In this document: positions 8,838-16,213 of the stretch, piece by piece | Layout: each line of letters opens with the position of its first letter | Position numbering within the stretch: position 1 is the stretch's first letter | IMG/VR virus record: IMGVR_UViG_3300032053_000002 | Coordinates: 124,001-188,000 of that record | DNA length: 64,000 nucleotides | Reading direction: 5' to 3' (one strand) | Translations under genes and position numbers: made by a program | The notes under the pieces: model-generated | What the model saw: the letters and a program-made list of their open reading frames with translations, nothing else | Databases searched by the model: none | What the model was told of the DNA's origin: nothing

Positions 8838-9275
8838 TTACTTATTTTTTGCGTATGCATTTAGTGCCCATCTCCACATTTCGTTTAAAAACCCAACGTC
8901 TTTTATACTGAGTTTGCGGGTTTTTAAAAATTCTTTATAAAATAACGTTATTTCCGTTGCTGATTCGGTACACCCGACATTCTTTAAACTACTAATTAAA
9001 AGCTCAATTTTTTCGCTGATTCTTTTTATTTTCTCTTCGGGCGACTCTACTCTTTCTAGTACGAAAAATGGAAAATTATATCCGCTATCAAGATGAATTC
9101 CTTTACTTCCGCTACAAATAAACGTTATGTCGCCCTCTTCACCGACATATTTGTCCATCATAGAAGTCCAAGTATTATCCCATCCATTTTCATGATTATG
9201 AGCAATCATTACAACTTTTACTCTGTCGCCAACTTTGAATCCGGCAGCTTTTTGTTTGATTTCGTATTCACTCAT
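8838..9275 (-). CDS. Hypothetical protein, SH3/KOW-like N-terminus plus helical module; paralog of 9272-9706
   Basis: FKVGDRVKV...W.NTW...M.K.VG; EKIKRISEKIELLISSL...LSIKDVGFLN. Confidence 0.8.
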   Translation of the reverse strand: MSEYEIKQKAAGFKVGDRVKVVMIAHNHENGWDNTWTSMMDKYVGEEGDITFICSGSKGIHLDSGYNFPFFVLERVESPEEKIKRISEKIELLISSLKNVGCTESATEITLFYKEFLKTRKLSIKDVGFLNEMWRWALNAYAKNK

Positions 9276-9706
9276 TTTTTAATATACGCTTTCCATATTG
9301 CATTTAAATACTCAACATCGTCTATACTGAATTTATGACTTTTTTTAAATCGCGCGTACATTTTATACACTTCGTTAGCAACACGTTTGCATCCGTTATT
9401 CTGTAAACCACTAATTAAACGCTCAAACTTTTCACTTACTCTCTTTATTTTCTCATCGGACGACTTCACTTTTTTCAGTACGGAAGGTGGGAATCTGTAT
9501 GTCGGGCCTTTACGGGGAATACTTTCTAAACGAATTCCTGCGGTCTTATGAATATCGGATATAACCATTATTTTGCCAACACTTTTATTCATCTCAAGTA
9601 CCCATGTATTCCGCCACTCACTCGTGTAGCTCTCAGCAATACCGGTAACTTTTACTTTGTCGCCGATTTTGAACTGGGTGGGGGTTCTCTTTTTTCCTGG
9701 CGACAT
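9272..9706 (-). CDS. Hypothetical protein, tandem paralog of 8838-9275
   Basis: FKIGDKVKV...WRNTW..EMNKSVG; EKIKRVSEKFERLISGL...FSIDDVEYLN. Confidence 0.8.
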   Translation of the reverse strand: MSPGKKRTPTQFKIGDKVKVTGIAESYTSEWRNTWVLEMNKSVGKIMVISDIHKTAGIRLESIPRKGPTYRFPPSVLKKVKSSDEKIKRVSEKFERLISGLQNNGCKRVANEVYKMYARFKKSHKFSIDDVEYLNAIWKAYIKK

Positions 9707-9708
9707 CT

Positions 9709-10263
9709 CTACACACTCTCCAAATATGCGTGATTTAACCCGCCTTTTTTATTACTGTATATAGACACTTCTGCATCAAGTTCACTGGGAGTATTACTTA
9801 CCCAACCGAAGAACTTCTTTCTACAATCACTGTGACGACAGAAGTCAACTTGCGGACCGTCAACCGGTTTACCACAGTAGTGGCAATACCTTTCTTCACG
9901 AAACATTTCTGTTTTCGGAAGTAAACGTTTCCATAGGGAAATATCCTTCCGCTTATACGTTTTCTTCACCACTGCGGGACTTCCAAATATAACTTCACCA
10001 TGCAACTTAGCGAGATAAGGTCTTATCCATTTTACCGAGTATTCCACCACGGCGACTCGCTTATAAGTGTATTTATAATCGAACAACTTATCCATAGCGT
10101 CTTGCTGTTTTCTAATCAACTCCAGCATACCTGAATCATCTTTCACAGTAACGGTAATCCCCAGCTCACTATTCTTGAAAACTAGGAAGGTACGCCCGAC
10201 TTTATACGCAAAAGATACTTTCGCGTCTCCGTATGTCTCGTAAAACTTTTTTTCGTTCATCAT
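9709..10263 (-). CDS. Hypothetical protein with C-terminal zinc finger
   Basis: CHYC...CRHSDC; first gene after promoter P7. Confidence 0.7.
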   Translation of the reverse strand: MMNEKKFYETYGDAKVSFAYKVGRTFLVFKNSELGITVTVKDDSGMLELIRKQQDAMDKLFDYKYTYKRVAVVEYSVKWIRPYLAKLHGEVIFGSPAVVKKTYKRKDISLWKRLLPKTEMFREERYCHYCGKPVDGPQVDFCRHSDCRKKFFGWVSNTPSELDAEVSIYSNKKGGLNHAYLESV

Positions 10264-10285
10264 TATTCTTTTCTCCTATACCTAA

Positions 10286-10388
10286 AATATACCACTTCTC
10301 AGCGTATCAGTCAAGAACTATTTTCGCTATAGCGGCATTCCGGACGGCAATGCGGTCGTAACTAGAGCCCTTCGTGAACTTTTTCACA
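10286..10388 (-). promoter_or_regulatory. Sigma70-type promoter P7 with palindromic box
   Basis: TTGACT (10314-10309)-17-TATATT (10291-10286); CGTGAA-CTTT-TTCACA at 10373-10388. Confidence 0.75.
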
Positions 10389-10421
10389 TACGGTCTGTAC
10401 GTTTTCTGTAAGTGGTTTTTC

Positions 10422-10493
10422 AATCCGCTCGCTCCTCTCGGTTGCAATCCGCTCGCTCCTCTCGGTTGTCAATTCGCTCGCTCCTCTCGGTTG
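10422..10493. repeat. Three tandem copies of a 23-bp core AAT(C/T)CGCTCGCTCCTCTCGGTTG
   Basis: Copies at 10422, 10446 and 10471 (periods 24 and 25 bp), no spacers. Confidence 0.9.
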
Positions 10494-10586
10494 TAGGGGG
10501 CAACTCGGTAGACGTGTCAGGCGAGTTCAGAACCGTGCATGCAAATAGGCAGCCTGAAGTGTGTTCGTCGTGTGGGGGGGTTCTTG

Positions 10587-10658
10587 GCGGGAGTTTGTGG
10601 TTTGTGCGGGAGTTCTTGCGAGAGTTTGCGCGGGAGTTCTTGCGGGAGTTTGCGCGAG
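10587..10658. repeat. G-rich GCGGGAGTT repeats (24-bp unit x2 plus partials)
   Basis: GCGGGAGTTCTTGCG(A/G)GAGTTTGC at 10606-10629 and 10630-10653. Confidence 0.85.
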
Positions 10659-10833
10659 GAATCGTGGAGAAGTGGGGGCATGGGGGTGGCGGTGCTTCCG
10701 ACGAGTAGCAATTGCGCATCGGCAATACCTGCGACCCACTATTATAATATTATCCGAATATCAAAAAGGCGTGGATTATTTATTTATAATAGGGAAGTGA
10801 TTATCAATTCCAGCAAGTTGTATCAAATAGGCG

Positions 10834-10913
10834 AGTGATATGCAGCGATATGCAGTGATATGCAGCGATATGCAGTGATATGCAGTGATATGCAGTGATA
10901 TGCAGCGATATGC
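10834..10913. repeat. 10-bp tandem repeat TGCAG(C/T)GATA, 7 full copies plus partial flanks
   Basis: Full copies 10841-10910 read directly. Confidence 0.95.
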
Positions 10914-10929
10914 GCTGTAATATATATGG

Positions 10930-11688
10930 CTAATAACGTTGTATAAAAGCGAGTTCCGATTTAAGATTAGAAAGAAAGAAATGTTCATCAGTAGTTCTAT
11001 CGAATACTATTGTAGCATCGTGTATAGTAGGTTGATCATAAATTAGTTTCGGATCTATATTATTTTTAGAATAGTCGCCGATTAGTTGTTTGGCCAGAAC
11101 ATTTAATGTTTGTAAATCATCTTTTTTTAAAGATGGTCGCAGTAACAAATGGTCTACAAATATAAATCGTAATCTTGCCTGAAAGCGTTCTTCTGATATT
11201 AAATACTCAAATATTCTCTCATATTTCGAAGTATCATTTTCCCATAATGCATAGGATTCGCGAAGAATATGTCTCAATTTGTTTAATATCGTATAGTATT
11301 TATTTATGTAATATTTTTCGCCGAGGTGATTCGTATGATATTTACTTCTCCAGAATTCAAGCCGGGTTGAAACACTAACATCTTTACTAAGAAGGCTTTG
11401 CAGATGATTAATAGAAAAAAATGTTTCACTTTGATTGAGTAACTTGCGAACTTCATTAAAATCATAGCTTTCGCCTTCTTGCGAAGTTTGGGCAGATTTA
11501 TTTAGACACTTAGATACGATTTGGTGCTCTATTATTTTATAGTGCGAAAAATCTTTATCATACATTAAAACACCGCCGATTGGCAGCGCTTCTGCATAAA
11601 ACACATAAGAGCGAATATGTATTTTGTTGTCTTTATAAAAAGATTTTAAGTTGATAGCGTGAACAGGTACTATATTTGTATTAGACAT
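10930..11688 (-). CDS. Hypothetical protein, paralog of 14192-14893
   Basis: VPVHAINLK / LPVHVINLR; YYTILNKLRHIL / YFRILNKLKYLY. Confidence 0.75.
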   Translation of the reverse strand: MSNTNIVPVHAINLKSFYKDNKIHIRSYVFYAEALPIGGVLMYDKDFSHYKIIEHQIVSKCLNKSAQTSQEGESYDFNEVRKLLNQSETFFSINHLQSLLSKDVSVSTRLEFWRSKYHTNHLGEKYYINKYYTILNKLRHILRESYALWENDTSKYERIFEYLISEERFQARLRFIFVDHLLLRPSLKKDDLQTLNVLAKQLIGDYSKNNIDPKLIYDQPTIHDATIVFDRTTDEHFFLSNLKSELAFIQRY

Positions 11689-11694
11689 AACTAT

Positions 11695-11943
11695 TTATTT
11701 CGCCAACCAGGCCCAATATTTTGGAGTTCCGTAAGCACCTATTGACAAACCGTTGCACCATATGGTGCAACGGTTACCGTTGTACCATTGTAAAGGATTT
11801 AGTTCGTCTTTCCATGGCGAAAATGATACGGCTCTATTGTGGTTGAACCATACCAGAATAGCACTATTATAATCAACCGTATTAACGTCTGGCGGGTCGC
11901 CTTCAATCCACTCCAAATCAAGCGGTGATTTTGTTATTTTCAT
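11695..11943 (-). CDS. Hypothetical Trp-rich protein
   Basis: 82-aa ORF in the tiled operon. Confidence 0.65.
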   Translation of the reverse strand: MKITKSPLDLEWIEGDPPDVNTVDYNSAILVWFNHNRAVSFSPWKDELNPLQWYNGNRCTIWCNGLSIGAYGTPKYWAWLAK

Positions 11944-11952
11944 AAGTCGTTC

Positions 11953-12309
11953 CTATTTTTCTTTTATTGTAAACGTGCTGTCAGTAGGTTGAGTAATGAT
12001 GTAGTGATTGTCCCCTATTACTACTGGGATTTCGCGTGGTTTGGATCTAAATTGATTACTTTTCAATATACGAGAAATTTCCATTAACTTGCGCCTTGGT
12101 TCATCATACTTTCGGAATATTATAAACTTTTCTTTTTGAAAGTTGATTTCGTCGATAACCGCAAACAACGAATCACCAATCTCTTTTGAAAAACTATTTT
12201 TTTCGGAGAGTATCTTAAAAATAACCGTCAACTCTTCGGTTGGTTCTATATCACAACCGAGCGACATTAAAAATATAGAACATAATAATAATAACATTAA
12301 ATTTTTCAT
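11953..12309 (-). CDS. Putative lipoprotein
   Basis: MKNLMLLLLCSIFLMSLGC signal peptide with lipobox-like SLGC. Confidence 0.6.
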   Translation of the reverse strand: MKNLMLLLLCSIFLMSLGCDIEPTEELTVIFKILSEKNSFSKEIGDSLFAVIDEINFQKEKFIIFRKYDEPRRKLMEISRILKSNQFRSKPREIPVVIGDNHYIITQPTDSTFTIKEK

Positions 12310-12731
12310 TTTTTAACTCCAATTATTTTTGCTATTTTATTTAATCTTAACACATCATATTCGGTAAGGCGAGTACCCGAAAGATGAGTCCAATTTTCAT
12401 TGGCTCCGTAACTCTCAACAAACTTTTCTACTAAACGATTAACATAAATTCGATCTCCCCACGCCTTTTGTTTGGAGTATGATAAATATATCCCATCGTT
12501 TATAAACCTATTAAGTTTATTCGATAATATTTTTAATCGTCGCCAGATAGTTAAACCCTTGTATAAACCGTCTATTTTCTTCTTTGCCTCGTCAACCGTC
12601 ATTATATCATAATAGTTGGCCGGAACTTCAAGTATAACCATAATCTGAGAATCGGGTTTCCATTCGGCTATTGCGGGTACGCGACGATCTTCATAACAAA
12701 AATTTCCAACCCACGTCAAAACATCATTCAT
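12306..12731 (-). CDS. Hypothetical protein, LYKG..IWRRL family
   Basis: L.WV...CYE; LYKGLTIWRRL; RLTEYDVLRLNKI. Confidence 0.8.
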   Translation of the reverse strand: MNDVLTWVGNFCYEDRRVPAIAEWKPDSQIMVILEVPANYYDIMTVDEAKKKIDGLYKGLTIWRRLKILSNKLNRFINDGIYLSYSKQKAWGDRIYVNRLVEKFVESYGANENWTHLSGTRLTEYDVLRLNKIAKIIGVKK

Positions 12732-13219
12732 CTATTCTTATTTCCTTCAACGCACCTATTTATTTTATTTAGCATTTTTACTTCTTCGTCAGTTAGTCTC
12801 GACTCAAATCGCGGTATAACTTTTATGCTTCCAGGAACTTCGGCGGACTCTAGATAAGTAACAAATTTGCCAATTAGCCCATTAACATACCTTTCGTATT
12901 CTTCCAATACCAGAGACATTTTGGCGTAAGAAGATGGATAGTCTTTGTATTTAACCACCAGAGTTTTTTCCAGTTCAATAATTTTAAGTAGTAATTCTTT
13001 TAATCTTCGCCAGATGGTTGTGCCCTTATACAGGTCGTTCATCGCAACTTTTGCTACATCGAGGCTTAGGCAATCATGGTATACGTGCGGAACTTCGTGT
13101 AATATTAAAGATTTTTCTTCTGCGTTATAAGTCGCTATCTTATTAGAAGACCCGGTTTTCACGTCGCCTTCGTAACATTCATCATCAACCCATTGTAAAG
13201 TATTTTTTATTGCGTTCAT
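12728..13219 (-). CDS. Hypothetical protein, LYKG..IWRRL family
   Basis: LQWVDDECYE; LYKGTTIWRRL; RLTDEEVKMLNKINR. Confidence 0.8.
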   Translation of the reverse strand: MNAIKNTLQWVDDECYEGDVKTGSSNKIATYNAEEKSLILHEVPHVYHDCLSLDVAKVAMNDLYKGTTIWRRLKELLLKIIELEKTLVVKYKDYPSSYAKMSLVLEEYERYVNGLIGKFVTYLESAEVPGSIKVIPRFESRLTDEEVKMLNKINRCVEGNKNR

Positions 13220-13395
13220 AACTTACTCTCGATACGTTTTTCCATTACTTTGCATTTTCTGCATAAGCATCCAATCACTAAATTAAGATATTTTTTTCGC
13301 CAACGAGATTCTCTCGTTTTTAAAAACTCGTTTTCTTCTGTTAATTCAAGTATTCTCGCCTTCAATTGGGCGACCTCTTTCATATGTTTGCTCAT
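13216..13395 (-). CDS. Small coiled-coil protein with CxCxxC (59 aa, not in ORF track)
   Basis: Manual translation MSKHMKEVAQLKARILELTEENEFLK...GCLCRKCKV...; 4-bp overlaps with both neighbours. Confidence 0.65.
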   Translation of the reverse strand: MSKHMKEVAQLKARILELTEENEFLKTRESRWRKKYLNLVIGCLCRKCKVMEKRIESKL

Positions 13396-14180
13396 AATCT
13401 TTCAATCTTTTTACCGTATTTGGACAAGTAAATACCCACACATCCGATACAGCTACTTTCCGTGTTGTTAGGTATCGTGATGGCGATTCGCATACACTCT
13501 TCACTACAAAAACCGGCAGTTATAGTTTTGCCTTTTTCTAAATAACAACTACCTTTAATATGTTCGTAATGCAGGTGTCCGGTAAATGTTCGTGCCTTTT
13601 TACCGCAAATTATACACCTATCAACGTGCCAATGGATATGGTTTTTTGCGATATTGTTCATGGCATCTACCATACCAGGAGTAAACCGGTCATTATTTTT
13701 AACCTGCCGCATCACTGCTAAAACCCTTGATCTCGCACTTTCATCATCAACATTTTTCAGAATACTTTTTAGTTTTTTTAAGAGTCTCTCTTTTTTATGC
13801 GGTATAACATAATCATCATATAATTCGGCTAATATTTTATATTTGCCATTAAAAACGGGGCATAATCTACCCGCGAAGTTATTATACGCAAAAATATAGT
13901 CATCTCCGTTACGATGTATGAAATACGAACTCGGGGTTAAGAAAAATAATCCAAACGAAGCCACTCCGCGTCCGGTCTTGGAAAAAACTACATTCAATAA
14001 TTTGGATTTTTTTACTATTTCGCGAACATTTTTATATCTTCTAAAGTTTTCCGGAAGTGGTACGAGCGACATTATTTCCGGGATGCCGGTAATTTCTATC
14101 ATATTTTTATATAATAAATGTCCACCGTCCCCATCATAAATTTCTATGTCAGGAGTTTCATATTTATTTGCAACTAACAT
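13392..14180 (-). CDS. Hypothetical protein with helical module and C-terminal Cys-rich domain
   Basis: LLKKLKSIL...FTPGMVDAMNNIAK; CIIC, CSEEC, CIGC. Confidence 0.75.
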   Translation of the reverse strand: MLVANKYETPDIEIYDGDGGHLLYKNMIEITGIPEIMSLVPLPENFRRYKNVREIVKKSKLLNVVFSKTGRGVASFGLFFLTPSSYFIHRNGDDYIFAYNNFAGRLCPVFNGKYKILAELYDDYVIPHKKERLLKKLKSILKNVDDESARSRVLAVMRQVKNNDRFTPGMVDAMNNIAKNHIHWHVDRCIICGKKARTFTGHLHYEHIKGSCYLEKGKTITAGFCSEECMRIAITIPNNTESSCIGCVGIYLSKYGKKIERL

Positions 14181-14191
14181 AACTTTTATTC

Positions 14192-14893
14192 CTATACATG
14201 ACGCAAATATGGTTTGTCTTTACCGGGTGCAATATCCAATACCGTACCAGACGTGTCAAACAAATAATAATCATTTCCATTGTAACAATTGACTTCTTGA
14301 TAAACTTCGGTGGCGGTCATAAAATCCGAGTAAGAAATGATTTTATTTTTAATCAACCCGTCCGATATTTTGTTTAAAGTTTCAATCGACACAAAATTTT
14401 TAAAACTCTCTATTAGTAAAGTGTGTATTAACGTGCCTTTTATTATATCATAAATATTTTTATTAACAATAGTTGGAAATTTTTTAGTCATATGAAGATA
14501 CAGGTATTTTAGTTTATTTAGTATCCTGAAATATTTTGCAGACTCCAGGTCATGCATTTGCTTAAAATAATCCCAATCGAGAACCACGTTGATATTGTCA
14601 TAATGAATTGATGGGCGAAATTCGGAATCTATATAATTATAAATTTTCGTTATCGCTTCGCCTTGAGGAAACGATGCTAATATTCCTTCAGTCTTAGATT
14701 CTTTTATAATTTTGTTCTGAGTTTTACTTATCAAAAATGCTTTAACTGAAAATCTTGTTGGTGGTCTGTATTTTTTTGTGTCAGATACTTGCGAATAAAT
14801 AACAATAGATTTGACATAGATTCTCGCTCGTGACATATTTTCTCTTAAATTTATAACGTGAACTGGTAAATACCTATCCAGTGATGAAGCCAT
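14192..14893 (-). CDS. Hypothetical protein, paralog of 10930-11688
   Basis: Shared N-terminal PVH.INL and ILNKL..L motifs. Confidence 0.75.
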   Translation of the reverse strand: MASSLDRYLPVHVINLRENMSRARIYVKSIVIYSQVSDTKKYRPPTRFSVKAFLISKTQNKIIKESKTEGILASFPQGEAITKIYNYIDSEFRPSIHYDNINVVLDWDYFKQMHDLESAKYFRILNKLKYLYLHMTKKFPTIVNKNIYDIIKGTLIHTLLIESFKNFVSIETLNKISDGLIKNKIISYSDFMTATEVYQEVNCYNGNDYYLFDTSGTVLDIAPGKDKPYLRHV

Positions 14894-14923
14894 TTTCTGA
14901 TAACCTTACTTTTTTATCTATAA

Positions 14924-15271
14924 TTAAATCATTTTTATTGCGGAGTGGTCGAATAGATAACCTTTAATTTCTTTATTATACATATTCCAATTCTTTTCGT
15001 ACATTGGATATTCATTATAAATATATTCTTTATATTCATCCAATTCGTTTTTTTCTGCGTACAACCACTCATACTCATACGCAAAATATGACGTATTTAA
15101 TATGACCGCCAAATTTCCAATAATTAATGCGACGGCGAAAAGATAAAACAAAATCATCGCATCAGTTATTACTAGAGCCGGATAAGAAAATATAAGAATA
15201 ATCAGTGTTAATAATTCAGTATTAATCGTTACGATAACACCATTTCTACTAAATGTGTATGTGTAATTCAT
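14924..15271 (-). CDS. Putative membrane protein
   Basis: Two hydrophobic segments. Confidence 0.65.
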   Translation of the reverse strand: MNYTYTFSRNGVIVTINTELLTLIILIFSYPALVITDAMILFYLFAVALIIGNLAVILNTSYFAYEYEWLYAEKNELDEYKEYIYNEYPMYEKNWNMYNKEIKGYLFDHSAIKMI

Positions 15272-15272
15272 A

Positions 15273-15587
15273 TCAAATATTTCTCCATCTTTTTGATAAT
15301 GTTTTATCTAATTCTTCGGGAGTGGGTATTCTGGAAAATTGCAGAGATTCACTTTCATCCGCCATTTCCAAACGTCCGGCATCGATATAAAACGCCTGTT
15401 TTGGAAAACGAGACGCAAGAAGTGTTATCACTCCATTCTTCGGTTCGTTAGTGTCAGATATAGATTCTACCCTATCTTCTGACGCCAGAATGTTTTTATC
15501 TATTGAAAATGTTTGAGATGGGAATAATGAATGCAGTATGTTTAATAACTCATTATCATCTTTTATAACGATGTCGCGAAATTTCAT
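15273..15587 (-). CDS. Hypothetical protein with internal duplication
   Basis: LHSLFPSQTFSID / LASRFPKQAFYID. Confidence 0.65.
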   Translation of the reverse strand: MKFRDIVIKDDNELLNILHSLFPSQTFSIDKNILASEDRVESISDTNEPKNGVITLLASRFPKQAFYIDAGRLEMADESESLQFSRIPTPEELDKTLSKRWRNI

Positions 15588-15749
15588 AAATCTATTTCTA
15601 TTTTTTTATTTTGATAAAAACTAAAAAACGGGCGGGATTTGTGTCCGCATCTCTTACCCCAGAGCCGGCTCCGGATAAAGTGTTTTTTCAGCCTTCTATC
15701 TATTATGAGCCTACTTATTAAACTACCGTTCTATTATAAAGTTTCTCAC

Positions 15750-16088
15750 TTACTCCAACGGTGATATAGAAACGTCGCCAGTCTTTAATCCAGTGGCGAC
15801 AATATAATATTTATATCTTGAAGACATGGATAATCCGCTAGTGGAATATTGTATTTCAATTATAGCAATATTAACATCGTTTTCGCCGAAGCCGTCTATT
15901 ACTCGGGTGCCTTCGTATAAGACTTTAACGCCTTTTACTTCGAAACCTCCAGACGTTGTTTGCGAATTCGCGATTTTTATGAATCCGGTGCCGAATAACA
16001 AAAACAATATTAGCATGGTTAAAAAGAATGTTAGCGCCGTTTGAACGGAGGCCGATTTTAATATTTTATTCATAATGTTTCTCCTCAA
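15750..16088 (-). CDS. Putative exported or membrane-anchored protein
   Basis: N-terminal hydrophobic helix; true start may be MNKIL. Confidence 0.65.
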   Translation of the reverse strand: MRRNIMNKILKSASVQTALTFFLTMLILFLLFGTGFIKIANSQTTSGGFEVKGVKVLYEGTRVIDGFGENDVNIAIIEIQYSTSGLSMSSRYKYYIVATGLKTGDVSISPLE

Positions 16089-16105
16089 TTTATTTACGTT
16101 TTTTA

Positions 16106-16202
16106 GGAAGGACGGTGGGATTCGAACCCACCTATTACTTGCTCATACGGACTTAAACCGTCGCACTTTTGTCGCATTCCCGACATTCCTGTCACGTCCT
16201 TC
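16106..16202 (-). tRNA. Atypical tRNA-Leu (UAA) with enlarged D region
   Basis: 8-bp acceptor GAAGGACG/CGTCCTTC, T arm GTGGG-TTCGAAT-CCCAC, anticodon arm ACGG-TT TAA GT-CCGT; extra ~12 nt in D region; no encoded CCA. Confidence 0.6.
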
Positions 16203-16213
16203 ACCACCAAAAA

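Noticed and set aside
10560-10695. G-quadruplex-forming sequence
   Set aside because: G runs are present, but the loops between four consecutive G3+ runs are too long for a confident call
10422-10913. Repeats as a CRISPR array
   Set aside because: Units are directly adjacent with no unique spacers, and no cas genes are in the window
10412-10988. Short ORFs on both strands across the repeat block
   Set aside because: Their translations only mirror the DNA repeats; there is no RBS, and six-frame openness is explained by low complexity
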